Below are positions 42,351-58,900 of a stretch of 64,000 bases of DNA, one piece after another. The position numbers and the translations under genes were made by a program. The notes below the pieces were generated by a model. The model was not told the DNA's origin, did not search any database, and saw nothing but the letters and a program-made list of their open reading frames with translations. Source of the stretch: Auanema rhodensis (lineage: Eukaryota > Animalia > Nematoda); contig OZ059896.1 of NCBI GenBank assembly GCA_964057225.1, positions 186,001-250,000 of the forward strand, written 5' to 3'. Each line of letters starts with the position of its first letter. Positions within the stretch are counted from its first letter, which is position 1.

Positions 42351-45000
42351 TTTGTTTTTAGACTAATATGGACATGGGGAATCTAATTTTGAAAACCGCA
42401 TCTCTTTATCTTTCACGTGAAGCGAGTTACATACCAAGTGCACATCACGTGTACATTTAATTAGCATAAATTAAAGTTCACGTAAATTTCAAAGTCATGG
42501 TTACCATGAACCAATATTAATAAAAATTTGTTTTTAGACTAATATGGACATGAGGAATCTAATTTTGAAAACCGCATCTCTTTATCTTTCACGTGAAGCG
42601 AGTTACATACCAAGTGCACATCACGTGTACATTTAATTAGCATAAATTAAAGTTCACGTAAATTTCAAAGTCATGGTTACCATTCACCAATATCAATAAA
42701 AATTTGTTTTTAGACTAATATGGACATGGGGAATCTAATTTTGAAAACCGCATCTCTTTATCTTTCACGTGAAGCGAGTTACATACCAAGTGCACATCAC
42801 GTGTACATTTAATTAGCATAAATTAAAGTTCACGTAAATTTCAAAGTCATGGTTACCATGAACCAATATCAATAAAAATTTGTTTTTAGACTAATATGGA
42901 CATGGGGAATCTAATTTTGAAAACCGCATCTCTTTATCTTTCACGTGAAGCGAGTTACATACCAAGTGCACATCACGTGTACATTTAATTAGCATAAATT
43001 AAAGTTCACGTAAATTTCAAAGTCATGGTTACCATGAACCAATATCAATAAAAATTTGTTTTTAGACTAATATGGACATGGGGAATCTAATTTTGAAAAC
43101 CGCATCTCTTTATCTTTCACGTGAAGCGAGTTACATACCAAGTGCACATCACGTGTACATTTAATTAGCATAAATTAAAGTTCACGTAAATTTCAAAGTC
43201 ATGGTTACCATGTACCAATATCAATAAAAATTTGTTTTTAGACTAATATGGACATGGGGAATCTAATTTTGAAAACCGCATCTCTTTATCTTTCACGTGA
43301 AGCGAGTTACATACCAAGTGCACATCACGTGTACATTTAATTAGCATAAATTAAAGTTCACGTAAATTTCAAAGTCATGGTTACCATGCACCAATATCAA
43401 TAAAAATTTGTTTTTAGACTAATATGGACATGGGGAATCTAATTTTGAAAACCGCATCTCTTTATCTTTCACGTGAAGCGAGTTACATACCAAGTGCACA
43501 TCACGTGTACATTTAATTAGCATAAATTAAAGTTCACGTAAATTTCAAAGTCATGGTTACCATGCACCAATATCAATAAAAATTTGTTTTTAGACTAATA
43601 TGGACATGAGGAATCTAATTTTGAAAACCGCATCTCTTCATCTTTCACGTGAAGCGAGTTACATACCAAGTGCACATCACGTGTACATTTAATTAGCATA
43701 AATTAAAGTTCACGTAAATTTCAAAGTCATGGTTACCATTCACCAATATCAATAAAAATTTGTTTTTAGACTAATATGGACATGGGGAATCTAATTTTGA
43801 AAACCGCATCTCTTTATCTTTCACGTGAAGCGAGTTACATACCAAGTGCACATCACGTGTACATTTAATTAGCATAAATTAAAGTTCACGTAAATTTCAA
43901 AGTCATGGTTACCATGAACCAATATCAATAAAAATTTGTTTTTAGACTAATATGGACATGGGGAATCTAATTTTGAAAACCGCATCTCTTTATCTTTCAC
44001 GTGAAGCGAGTTACATACCAAGTGCACATCACGTGTACATTTAATTAGCATAAATTAAAGTTCACGTAAATTTCAAAGTCATGGTTACCATGTACCAATA
44101 TCTATAAAAATTTGTTTTTAGACTAATATGGACATGGGGAATCTAATTTTGAAAACCGCATCTCTTTATCTTTCACGTGAAGCGAGTTACATACCAAGTG
44201 CACATCACGTGTACATTTAATTAGCATAAATTAAAGTTCACGTAAATTTCAAAGTCATGGTTACCATGCACCAATATCAATAAAAATTTGTTTTTAGACT
44301 AATATGGACATGGGGAATCTAATTTTGAAAACCGCATCTCTTTATCTTTCACGTGAAGCGAGTTACATACCAAGTGCACATCACGTGTACATTTAATTAG
44401 CATAAATTAAAGTTCACGTAAATTTCAAAGTCATGGTTACCATGCACCAATATCAATAAAAATTTGTTTTTAGACTAATATGGACATGGGGAATCTAATT
44501 TTGAAAACCGCATCTCTTTATCTTTCACGTGAAGCGAGTTACATACCAAGTGCACATCACGTGTACATTTAATTAGCATAAATTAAAGTTCACGTAAATT
44601 TCAAAGTCATGGTTACCATGAACCAATATTAATAAAAATTTGTTTTTAGACTAATATGGACATGAGGAATCTAATTTTGAAAACCGCATCTCTTCATCTT
44701 TCACGTGAAGCGAGTTACATACCAAGTGCACATCACGTGTACATTTAATTAGCATAAATTAAAGTTCACGTAAATTTCAAAGTCATGGTTACCATTCACC
44801 AATATCAATAAAAATTTGTTTTTAGACTAATATGGACATGGGGAATCTAATTTTGAAAACCGCATCTCTTTATCTTTCACGTGAAGCGAGTTACATACCA
44901 AGTGCACATCACGTGTACATTTAATTAGCATAAATTAAAGTTCACGTAAATTTCAAAGTCATGGTTACCATGCACCAATATCAATAAAAATTTGTTTTTA
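42350..45000. repeat. 6-monomer (1056-bp) higher-order repeat, about 3 imperfect copies
   Basis: G32A at 42553/43609/44665 and G162T (cattcacc) at 42684/43740/44796. Confidence 0.85.
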
Positions 45001-45449
45001 GACTAATATGGACATGGGGAATCTAATTTTGAAAACCGCATCTCTTTATCTTTCACGTGAAGCGAGTTACATACCAAGTGCACATCACGTGTACATTTAA
45101 TTAGCATAAATTAAAGTTCACGTAAATTTCAAAGTCATGGTTACCATGAACTAATATCAATAAAAATTTGTTTTTAGACTAATATGGACATGGGGAATCT
45201 AATTTTGAAAACCGCATCTCTTTATCTTTCACGTGAAGCGAGTTACATACCAAGTGCACATCACGTGTACATTTAATTAGCATAAATTAAAGTTCACGTA
45301 AATTTCAAAGTCATGGTTACCATGAACCAATATCAATAAAAATTTGTTTTTAGACTAATATGGACATGGGGAATCTAATTTTGAAAACCGCATCTCTTTA
45401 TCTTTCACGTGAAGCGAGTTACATACCAAGTGCACATCACGTGTACATT

Positions 45450-46900
45450 TAATTAGCATAAATTAAAGTTCACGTAAATTTCAAAGTCATGGTTACCATG
45501 AAGCAATATCAATAAAAATTTGTTTTTAGACTAATATGGACATGGGGAATCTAATTTCGAAAACCGCATCTCTTTATCTTTCACGTGAAGCGAGTTACAT
45601 ACCAAGTGCACATCACGTGTACATTTAATTAGCATAAATTAAAGTTCACGTTAATTTCAAAGTCATGGTTACCATGAACCAATATCAATGAAAATTTGTT
45701 TTTAGACTAATATGGACATGGGGAATCTAATTTTGAAAACCGCATCTCTTTATCTTTCACGTGAAGCGAGTTACATACCAAGTGCACATCACGTGTACAT
45801 TTAATTAGCATAAATTAAAGTTCACGTAAATTTCAAAGTCATGGTTACCATGAACTAATATCAATAAAAATTTGTTTTTAGACTAATATGGACATGGGGA
45901 ATCTAATTTTGAAAACCGCATCTCTTTATCTTTCACGTGAAGCGAGTTACATACCAAGTGCACATCACGTGTACATTTAATTAGCATAAATTAAAGTTCA
46001 CGTAAATTTCAAAGTCATGGTTACCATGAACTAATATCAATAAAAATTTGTTTTTAGACTAATATGGACATGGGGAATCTAATTTTGAAAACCGCATCTC
46101 TTTATCTTTCACGTGAAGCGAGTTACATACCAAGTGCACATCACGTGTACATTTAATTAGCATAAATTAAAGTTCACGTAAATTTCAAAGTCATGGTTAC
46201 CATGAAGCAATATCAATAAAAATTTGTTTTTAGACTAATATGGACATGGGGAATCTAATTTCGAAAACCGCATCTCTTTATCTTTCACGTGAAGCGAGTT
46301 ACATACCAAGTGCACATCACGTGTACATTTAATTAGCATAAATTAAAGTTCACGTTAATTTCAAAGTCATGGTTACCATGAACCAATATCAATGAAAATT
46401 TGTTTTCAGACTAATATGGACATGGGGAATCTAATTTTGAAAACCGCATCTCTTTATCTTTCACGTGAAGCGAGTTACATACCAAGTGCACATCACGTGT
46501 ACATTTAATTAGCATAAATTAAAGTTCACGTAAATTTCAAAGTCATGGTTACCATGAACTAATATCAATAAAAATTTGTTTTTAGACTAATATGGACATG
46601 GGGAATCTAATTTTGAAAACCGCATCTCTTTATCTTTCACGTGAAGCGAGTTACATACCAAGTGCACATCACGTGTACATTTAATTAGCATAAATTAAAG
46701 TTCACGTAAATTTCAAAGTCATGGTTACCATGAACTAATATCAATAAAAATTTGTTTTTAGACTAATATGGACATGGGGAATCTAATTTTGAAAACCGCA
46801 TCTCTTTATCTTTCACGTGAAGCGAGTTACATACCAAGTGCACATCACGTGTACATTTAATTAGCATAAATTAAAGTTCACGTAAATTTCAAAGTCATGG
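45450..46900. repeat. 4-monomer (704-bp) tandem duplication
   Basis: T44C (aatttcgaaa) at 45558/46262, with linked A138T and A176G. Confidence 0.85.
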
Positions 46901-46919
46901 TTACCATGAAGCAATATCA

Positions 46920-49900
46920 ATAAAAATTTGTTTTTAGACTAATATGGACATGGGGAATCTAATTTTGAAAACCGCATCTCTTTATCTTTCACGTGAAGCG
47001 AGTTACATACCAAGTGCACATCACGTGTACATTTAATTAGCATAAATTAAAGTTCACGTAAATTTCAAAGTCATGGTTACCATGAACCAATATCAATAAA
47101 AATTTGTTTTTAGACTAATATGGACATGGGGAATCTAATTTTGAAAACCGCATCTCTTTATCTTTCACGTGAAGCGAGTTACATACCAAGTGCACATCAC
47201 GTGTACATTTAATTAGCATAAATTAAAGTTCACGTAAATTTCAAAGTCATGGTTACCATGAACCAATATCAATGAAAATTTGTTTTTAGACTAATATGGA
47301 CATGGGGAATCTAATTTTGAAAACCGCATCTCTTTATCTTTCACGTGAAGCGAGTTACATACCAAGTGCACATCACGTGTACATTTAATTAGCATAAATT
47401 AAAGTTCACGTAAATTTCAAAGTCATGGTTACCATGAACTAATATCAATGAAAATTTGTTTTTAGACTAATATGGACATGGGGAATCTAATTTTGAAAAC
47501 CGCATCTCTTTATCTTTCACGTGAAGCGAGTTACATACCAAGTGCACATCACGTGTACATTTAATTAGCATAAATTAAAGTTCACGTAAATTTCAAAGTC
47601 ATGGTTACCATGAACCAATATAGATAAAAATTTGTTTTTAGACTAATATGGACATGGGGAATCTAATTTTGAAAACCGCATCTCTTTATCTTTCACGTGA
47701 AGCGAGTTACATACCAAGTGCACATCACGTGTACATTTAATTAGCATAAATTAAAGTTCACGTAAATTTCAAAGTCATGGTTACCATGAACTAATATCAA
47801 TAAAAATTTGTTTTTAGACTAATATGGACATGGGGAATCTAATTTTGAAAACCGCATCTCTTTATCTTTCACGTGAAGCGAGTTACATACCAAGTGCACA
47901 TCACGTGTACATTTAATTAGCATAAATTAAAGTTCACGTAAATTTCAAAGTCATGGTTACCATGAACCAATATCAATAAAAATTTGTTTTTAGACTAATA
48001 TGGACATGGGGAATCTAATTTTGAAAACCGCATCTCTTTATCTTTCACGTGAAGCGAGTTACATACCAAGTGCACATCACGTGTACATTTAATTAGCATA
48101 AATTAAAGTTCACGTAAATTTCAAAGTCATGGTTACCATGAACCAATATCAATAAAAATTTGTTTTTAGACTAATATGGACATGGGGAATCTAATTTTGA
48201 AAACCGCATCTCTTTATCTTTCACGTGAAGCGAGTTACATACCAAGTGCACATCACGTGTACATTTAATTAGCATAAATTAAAGTTCACGTAAATTTCAA
48301 AGTCATGGTTACCATGCACCAATATCAATAAAAATTTGTTTTTGGACTAATATGGACATGGGGAATCTAATTTTGAAAACCGCATCTCTTTATCTTTCAC
48401 GTGAAGCGAGTTACATACCAAGTGCACATCACGTGTAAAATTAATTAGCATAAATTAAAGTTCACGTAAATTTCAAAGTCATGGTTACCATGAACCAATA
48501 TCAATAAAAATTTGTTTTTAGACTAATATGGACATCGGGAATCTAATTTTGAAAACCGCATCTCTTTATCTTTCACGTGAAGCGAGTTACATACCAAGTG
48601 CACATCACGTGTACATTTAATTAGCATAAATTAAAGTTCACGTAAATTTCAAAGTCATGGTTACCATGAACCAATATCAATAAAAATTTGTTTTTAGACT
48701 AATATGGACATGGGGAATCTAATTTTGAAAACCGCATCTCTTTATCTTTCACGTGAAGCGAGTTACATACCAAGTGCACATCACGTGTACATTTAATTAG
48801 CATAAATTAAAGTTCACGTAAATTTCAAAGTCATGGTTACCATGCACCAATATCGATAAAAATTTGTTTTTAGACTAATATGGACATGGGGAATCTAATT
48901 TTGAAAACCGCATCTCTTTTTCTTTCACGTGAAGCGAGTTACATACCAAGTGCACATCACGTGTACATTTAATTAGCATAAATTAAAGTTCACGTAAATT
49001 TCAAAGTCATGGTTACCATGCACCAATATCAATAAAAATTTGTTTTTAGACTAATATGGACATGGGGAATCTAATTTTGAAAACCGCATCTCTTTATCTT
49101 TCACGTGAAGCGAGTTACATACCAAGTGCACATCACGTGTACATTTAATTAGCATAAATTAAAGTTCACGTAAATTTCAAAGTCATGGTTACCATGAACC
49201 AATATCAATAAAAATTTGTTTTTAGACTAATATGGACATGGGGAATCTAATTTTGAAAACCGCATCTCTTTATCTTTCACGTGAAGCGAGTTACATACCA
49301 AGTGCACATCACGTGTACATTTAATTAGCATAAATTAAAGTTCACGTAAATTTCAAAGTCATGGTTACCATGAAGCAATATCAATAAAAATTTGTTTTTA
49401 GACTAATATGGACATGGGGAATCTAATTTTGAAAACCGCATCTCTTTATCTTTCACGTGAAGCGAGTTACATACCAAGTGCACATCACGTGTACATTTAA
49501 TTAGCATAAATTAAAGTTCACGGAAATTTCAAAGTCATGGTTACCATGAACCAATATCAATAAAAATTTGTTTTTAGACTAATATGGACATGGGGAATCT
49601 AATTTTGAAAACCGCATCTCTTTATCTTTCACGTGAAGCGAGTTACATACCAAGTGCACATCACGTGTACATTTAATTAGCATAAATTAAAGTTCACGTA
49701 AATTTCAAAGTCATGGTTACCATGCACCAATATCAATAAAAATTTGTTTTTAGACTAATATGGACATGGGGAATCTAATTTTGAAAACCGCATCTCTTTA
49801 TCTTTCACGTGAAGCGAGTTACATACCAAGTGCACATCACGTGTACATTTAATTAGCATAAATTAAAGTTCACGTAAATTTCAAAGTCATGGTTACCATG

Positions 49901-52900
49901 CACCAATATCAATAAAAATTTGTTTTTAGACTAATATGGACATGGGGAATCTAATTTTGAAAACCGCATCTCTTTATCTTTCACGTGAAGCGAGTTACAT
50001 ACCAAGTGCACATCACGTGTACATTTAATTAGCATAAATTAAAGTTCACGTAAATTTCAAAGTCATGGTTACCATGAAGTAATATCAATAAAAATTTGTT
50101 TTTAGACTAATATGGACATGGGGAATCTAATTTTGAAAACCGCATCTCTTTATCTTTCACGTGAAGCGAGTTACATACCAAGTGCACATCACGTGTACAT
50201 TTAATTAGCATGAATTAAAGTTCACGTAAATTTCAAAGTCATGGTTACCATGCACCAATATCAATAAAAATTTGTTTTTAGACTAATATGGACATGGGGA
50301 ATCTAATTTTGAAAACCGCATCTCTTTATCTTTCACGTGAAGCGAGTTACATACCGAGTGCACATCACGTGTACATTTAATTAGCATAAATTAAAGTTCA
50401 CGTAAATTTCAAAGTCATGGTTACCATGCACCAATATCAATAAAAATTTGTTTTTAGACTAATATGGACATGGGGAATCTAATTTTGAAAACCGCATCTC
50501 TTTATCTTTCACGTGAAGCGAGTTACATACCAAGTGCACATCACGTGTACATTTAATTAGCATAAATTAAAGTTCACGTAAATTTCAAAGTCATGGTTAC
50601 CATGCACCAATATCAATAACAATTTGTTTTTAGACTAATATGGACATGGGGAATCTAATTTTGAAAACCGCATCTCTTTATCTTTCACGTGAAGCGAGTT
50701 ACATACCAAGTGCACATCACGTGTACATTTAATTAGCATAAATTAAAGTTCACGTAAATTTCAAAGTCATGGTTACCATGCACCAATATCAATAAAAATT
50801 TGTTTTTTGACTAATATGGACATGGGGAATCTAATTTTGAAAACCGCATCTCTTTTTCTTTCACGTGAAGCGAGTTACATACCAAGTGCACATCACGTGT
50901 ACATTTAATTAGCATAAATTAAAGTTCACGTAAATTTCAAAGTCATGGTTACCATGCACCAATATCAATAAAAATTTGTTTTTAGACTAATATGGACATG
51001 GGGAATCTAATTTTGAAAACCGCATCTCTTTATCTTTCACGTGAAGCGAGTTACATACCAAGTGCACATCACGTGTACAATTAATTAGCATAAATTAAAG
51101 TTCACGTAAATTTCAAAGTCATGGTTACCATGAAGCAATATCAATAAAAATTTGTTTTTAGACTAATATGGACATGGGGAATCTAATTTTGAAAACCGCA
51201 TCTCTTTATCTTTCACGTGAAGCGAGTTACATACCAAGTGCACATCACGTGTAGATTTAATTAGCATAAATTAAAGTTCACGTAAATTTCAAAGTCATGG
51301 TTACCATGAAGCAATATCAATAAAAATTTGTTTTTAGACTAATATGGACATGGGGAATCTAATTTTGAAAACCGCATCTCTTTATCTTTCACGTGAAGCG
51401 AGTTACATACCAAGTGCACATCACGTGTACATTTAATTAGCATAAATTAAAGTTCACGTAAATTTCAAAGTCATGGTTACCATGAACCAATATCAATAAA
51501 AATTTGTTTTTAGACTAATATGGACATGGGGAATCTAATTTTGAAAACCGCATTTCTTTATCTTTCACGTGAAGCGAGTTACATACCAAGTGCACATCAC
51601 GTGTACATTTAATTAGCATAAATTAAAGTTCACGTAAATTTCAAAGTCATGGTTACCATGCACCAATATCAATAAAAATTTGTTTTTAGACTAATATGGA
51701 CATGGGGAATCTAATTTTGAAAACCGCATCTCTTTTTCTTTCACGTGAAGCGAGTTACATACCAAGTGCACATCACGTGTACATTTAATTAGCATAAATT
51801 AAAGTTCACGTAAATTTCAAAGTCATGGTTACCATGCACCAATATCAATAAAAATTTGTTTTTAGACTAATATGGACATGGGGAATCTAATTTTGAAAAC
51901 CGCATCTCTTTATCTTTCACGTGAAGCGAGTTACATACCAAGTGCACATCACGTGTACAATTAATTAGCATAAATTAAAGTTCACGTAAATTTCAAAGTC
52001 ATGGTTACCATGAAGCAATATCAATAAAAATTTGTTTTTAGACTAGTATGGACATGGGGAATCTAATTTTAAAAACCGCATCTCTTTATCTTTCACGTGA
52101 AGCGAGTTACATACCAAGTGCACATCACGTGTACATTTAATTAGCATAAATTAAAGTTCACGTAAATTTCAAAGTCATGGTTACCATGAAGCAATATCAA
52201 TAAAAATTTGTTTTTAGACTAATATGGACATGGGGAATCTAATTTTGAAAACCACATCTCTTTATCTTTCACGTGAAGCGAGTTACATACCAAGTGCACA
52301 TCACGTGTACATTTAATTAGCATAAATTAAAGTTCACGTAAATTTCAAAGTCATGGTTACCATGAACCAATATCAATAAAAATTTGTTTTTAGACTAATA
52401 TGGACATGGGGAATCTAATTTTGAAAACCGCATCTCTTTATCTTTCACGTGAAGCGAGTTACATACCAAGTGCACATCACGTGTACATTTAATTAGCATA
52501 AATTAAAGTTCACGTAAATTTCAAAGTCATGGTTACCATGAACCAATATCAATAAAAATTTGTTTTCAGACTAATATGGACATGGGGAATCTAATTTTGA
52601 AAACCGCATCTCTTTATCTTTCACGTGAAGCGAGTTACATACCAAGTGCACATCACGTGTACATTTAATTAGCATAAATTAAAGTTCACGTAAATTTCAA
52701 AGTCATGGTCACCATGCACCAATATCAATAAAAATTTGTTTTTAGACTAATATGGACATGGGGAATCTAATTTTGAAAACCGCATCTCTTTATCTTTCAC
52801 GTGAAGCGAGTTACATACCAAGTGCACATCACGTGTACATTTAATTAGCATAAATTAAAGTTCACGTAAATTTCAAAGTCATGGTTACCATGAAGCAATA

Positions 52901-55900
52901 TCAATAAAAATTTGTTTTTAGACTAATATGGACATGGGGAATCTAATTTTGAAAACCACATCTCTTTATCTTTCACGTGAAGCGAGTTACATACCAAGTG
53001 CACATCACGTGTACATTTAATTAGCATAAATTAAAGTTCACGTAAATTTCAAAGTCATGGTTACCATGAACCAATATCAATAAAAATTTGTTTTTAGACT
53101 AATATGGACATGGGGAATCTAATTTTGAAAACCGCATCTCTTTATCTTTCACGTGAAGCGAGTTACATACCAAGTGCACATCACGTGTACATTTAATTAG
53201 CATAAATTAAAGTTCACGTAAATTTCAAAGTCATGGTTACCATGCACCAATATCAATAAAAATTTGTTTTTAGACTAATATGGACATGGGGAATCTAATT
53301 TTGAAAACCGCATCTCTTTTTCTTTCACGTGAAGCGAGTTACATACCAAGTGCACATCACGTGTACATTTAATTAGCATAAATTAAAGTTCACGTAAATT
53401 TCAAAGTCATGGTTACCATGAACCAATATCAATAAAAATTTGTTTTCAGACTAATATGGACATGGGGAATCTAATTTTGAAAACCGCATCTCTTTATCTT
53501 TCACGTGAAGCGAGTTACATACCAAGTGCACATCACGTGTACATTTAATTAGCATAAATTAAAGTTCACGTAAATTTCAAAGTCATGGTTACCATGAACC
53601 AATATCAATAAAAATTTGTTTTTAGACTAATATGGACATGGGGAATCTAATTTTGAAAACCGCATCTATTTATCTTTCACGTGAAGCGAGTTACATACCA
53701 AGTGCACATCACGTGTACATTTAATTAGCATAAATTAAAGTTCACGTAAATTTCAAAGTCATGGTTACCATGAAGCAATATCAATAAAAATTTGTTTTTA
53801 GACTAATATGGACATGGGGAATCTAATTTTGAAAACCGCATCTCTTTATCTTTCACGTGAAGCGAGTTACATACCAAGTGCACATCACGTGTACATTTAA
53901 TTAGCATAAATTAAAGTTCACGTAAATTTCAAAGTCATGGTTACCATGAACCAATATCAATAAAAATTTGTTTTTAGACTAATATGGACATGGGGAATCT
54001 AATTTTGAAAACCGCATTTCTTTATCTTTCACGTGAAGCGAGTTACATACCAAGTGCACATCACGTGTACATTTAATTAGCATAAATTAAAGTTCACGTA
54101 AATTTCAAAGTCATGGTTACCATGCACCAATATCAATAAAAATTTGTTTTTAGACTAATATGGACATGGGGAATCTAATTTTGAAAACCGCATCTCTTTT
54201 TCTTTCACGTGAAGCGAGTTACATACCAAGTGCACATCACGTGTACATTTAATTAGCATAAATTAAAGTTCACGTAAATTTCAAAGTCATGGTTACCATG
54301 CACCAATATCAATAAAAATTTGTTTTTAGACTAATATGGACATGGGGAATCTAATTTTGAAAACCGCATCTCTTTATCTTTCACGTGAAGCGAGTTACAT
54401 ACCAAGTGCACATCACGTGTACATTTAATTAGCATAAATTAAAGTTCACGTAAATTTCAAAGTCATGGTTACCATGAACCAATATCAATAAAAATTTGTT
54501 TTTAGACTAATATGGACATGGGGAATCTAATTTTGAAAACCGCATCTCTTTATCTTTCACGTGAAGCGAGTTACATACCAAGTGCACATCACGTGTACAT
54601 TTAATTAGCATAAATTAAAGTTCACGTAAATTTCAAAGTCATGGTTACCATGAACCAATATCAATGAAAATTTGTTTTTAGACTAATATGGACATGGGGA
54701 ATCTAATTTTGAAAACCGCATCTCTTTATCTTTCACGTGAAGCGAGTTACATACCAAGTGCACATCACGTGTACATTTAATTAGCATAAATTAAAGTTCA
54801 CGTAAATTTCAAAGTCATGGTTACCATGAACTAATATCAATGAAAATTTGTTTTTAGACTAATATGGACATGGGGAATCTAATTTTGAAAACCGCATCTC
54901 TTTATCTTTCACGTGAAGCGAGTTACATACCAAGTGCACATCACGTGTACATTTAATTAGCATAAATTAAAGTTCACGTAAATTTCAAAGTCATGGTTAC
55001 CATGAACCAATATAGATAAAAATTTGTTTTTAGACTAATATGGACATGGGGAATCTAATTTTGAAAACCGCATCTCTTTATCTTTCACGTGAAGCGAGTT
55101 ACATACCAAGTGCACATCACGTGTACATTTAATTAGCATAAATTAAAGTTCACGTAAATTTCAAAGTCATGGTTACCATGAACTAATATCAATAAAAATT
55201 TGTTTTTAGACTAATATGGACATGGGGAATCTAATTTTGAAAACCGCATCTCTTTATCTTTCACGTGAAGCGAGTTACATACCAAGTGCACATCACGTGT
55301 ACATTTAATTAGCATAAATTAAAGTTCACGTAAATTTCAAAGTCATGGTTACCATGAACCAATATCAATAAAAATTTGTTTTTAGACTAATATGGACATG
55401 GGGAATCTAATTTTGAAAACCGCATCTCTTTATCTTTCACGTGAAGCGAGTTACATACCAAGTGCACATCACGTGTACATTTAATTAGCATAAATTAAAG
55501 TTCACGTAAATTTCAAAGTCATGGTTACCATGAACCAATATCAATAAAAATTTGTTTTTAGACTAATATGGACATGGGGAATCTAATTTTGAAAACCGCA
55601 TCTCTTTATCTTTCACGTGAAGCGAGTTACATACCAAGTGCACATCACGTGTACATTTAATTAGCATAAATTAAAGTTCACGTAAATTTCAAAGTCATGG
55701 TTACCATGAACCAATATCAATAAAAATTTGTTTTTAGACTAATATGGACATGGGGAATCTAATTTTGAAAACCGCATCTCTTTATCTTTCACGTGAAGCG
55801 AGTTACATACCAAGTGCACATCACGTGTACATTTAATTAGCATAAATTAAAGTTCACGTAAATTTCAAAGTCATGGTTACCATGCACCAATATCAATAAA

Positions 55901-58900
55901 AATTTGTTTTTGGACTAATATGGACATGGGGAATCTAATTTTGAAAACCGCATCTCTTTATCTTTCACGTGAAGCGAGTTACATACCAAGTGCACATCAC
56001 GTGTAAAATTAATTAGCATAAATTAAAGTTCACGTAAATTTCAAAGTCATGGTTACCATGAACCAATATCAATAAAAATTTGTTTTTAGACTAATATGGA
56101 CATCGGGAATCTAATTTTGAAAACCGCATCTCTTTATCTTTCACGTGAAGCGAGTTACATACCAAGTGCACATCACGTGTACATTTAATTAGCATAAATT
56201 AAAGTTCACGTAAATTTCAAAGTCATGGTTACCATGAACCAATATCAATAAAAATTTGTTTTTAGACTAATATGGACATGGGGAATCTAATTTTGAAAAC
56301 CGCATCTCTTTATCTTTCACGTGAAGCGAGTTACATACCAAGTGCACATCACGTGTACATTTAATTAGCATAAATTAAAGTTCACGTAAATTTCAAAGTC
56401 ATGGTTACCATGCACCAATATCGATAAAAATTTGTTTTTAGACTAATATGGACATGGGGAATCTAATTTTGAAAACCGCATCTCTTTTTCTTTCACGTGA
56501 AGCGAGTTACATACCAAGTGCACATCACGTGTACATTTAATTAGCATAAATTAAAGTTCACGTAAATTTCAAAGTCATGGTTACCATGCACCAATATCAA
56601 TAAAAATTTGTTTTTAGACTAATATGGACATGGGGAATCTAATTTTGAAAACCGCATCTCTTTATCTTTCACGTGAAGCGAGTTACATACCAAGTGCACA
56701 TCACGTGTACATTTAATTAGCATAAATTAAAGTTCACGTAAATTTCAAAGTCATGGTTACCATGAACCAATATCAATAAAAATTTGTTTTTAGACTAATA
56801 TGGACATGGGGAATCTAATTTTGAAAACCGCATCTCTTTATCTTTCACGTGAAGCGAGTTACATACCAAGTGCACATCACGTGTACATTTAATTAGCATA
56901 AATTAAAGTTCACGTAAATTTCAAAGTCATGGTTACCATGAAGCAGTATCAATAAAAATTTGTTTTTAGACTAATATGGACATGGGGAATCTAATTTTGA
57001 AAACCGCATCTCTTTATCTTTCACGTGAAGCGAGTTACATACCAAGTGCACATCACGTGTACATTTAATTAGCATAAATTAAAGTTCACGGAAATTTCAA
57101 AGTCATGGTTACCATGAACCAATATCAATAAAAATTTGTTTTTAGACTAATATGGACATGGGGAATCTAATTTTGAAAACCGCATCTCTTTATCTTTCAC
57201 GTGAAGCGAGTTACATACCAAGTGCACATCACGTGTACATTTAATTAGCATAAATTAAAGTTCACGTAAATTTCAAAGTCATGGTTACCATGCACCAATA
57301 TCAATAAAAATTTGTTTTTAGACTAATATGGACATGGGGAATCTAATTTTGAAAACCGCATCTCTTTATCTTTCACGTGAAGCGAGTTACATACCAAGTG
57401 CACATCACGTGTACATTTAATTAGCATAAATTAAAGTTCACGTAAATTTCAAAGTCATGGTTACCATGCACCAATATCAATAAAAATTTGTTTTTAGACT
57501 AATATGGACATGGGGAATCTAATTTTGAAAACCGCATCTCTTTATCTTTCACGTGAAGCGAGTTACATACCAAGTGCACATCACGTGTACATTTAATTAG
57601 CATAAATTAAAGTTCACGTAAATTTCAAAGTCATGGTTACCATGAAGTAATATCAATAAAAATTTGTTTTTAGACTAATATGGACATGGGGAATCTAATT
57701 TTGAAAACCGCATCTCTTTATCTTTCACGTGAAGCGAGTTACATACCAAGTGCACATCACGTGTACATTTAATTAGCATGAATTAAAGTTCACGTAAATT
57801 TCAAAGTCATGGTTACCATGCACCAATATCAATAAAAATTTGTTTTTAGACTAATATGGACATGGGGAATCTAATTTTGAAAACCGCATCTCTTTATCTT
57901 TCACGTGAAGCGAGTTACATACCGAGTGCACATCACGTGTACATTTAATTAGCATAAATTAAAGTTCACGTAAATTTCAAAGTCATGGTTACCATGCACC
58001 AATATCAATAAAAATTTGTTTTTAGACTAATATGGACATGGGGAATCTAATTTTGAAAACCGCATCTCTTTATCTTTCACGTGAAGCGAGTTACATACCA
58101 AGTGCACATCACGTGTACATTTAATTAGCATAAATTAAAGTTCACGTAAATTTCAAAGTCATGGTTACCATGCACCAATATCAATAAAAATTTGTTTTTA
58201 GACTAATATGGACATGGGGAATCTAATTTTGAAAACCGCATCTCTTTATCTTTCACGTGAAGCGAGTTACATACCAAGTGCACATCACGTGTACATTTAA
58301 TTAGCATAAATTAAAGTTCACGTAAATTTCAAAGTCATGGTTACCATGCACCAATATCAATAAAAATTTGTTTTTAGACTAATATGGACATGGGGAATCT
58401 AATTTTGAAAACCGCATCTCTTTTTCTTTCACGTGAAGCGAGTTACATACCAAGTGCACATCACGTGTACATTTAATTAGCATAAATTAAAGTTCACGTA
58501 AATTTCAAAGTCATGGTTACCATGCACCAATATCAATAAAAATTTGTTTTTAGACTAATATGGACATGGGGAATCTAATTTTGAAAACCGCATCTCTTTA
58601 TCTTTCACGTGAAGCGAGTTACATACCAAGTGCACATCACGTGTACAATTAATTAGCATAAATTAAAGTTCACGTAAATTTCAAAGTCATGGTTACCATG
58701 AAGCAATATCAATAAAAATTTGTTTTTAGACTAATATGGACATGGGGAATCTAATTTTGAAAACCGCATCTCTTTATCTTTCACGTGAAGCGAGTTACAT
58801 ACCAAGTGCACATCACGTGTACATTTAATTAGCATAAATTAAAGTTCACGTAAATTTCAAAGTCATGGTTACCATGAAGCAATATCAATAAAAATTTGTT

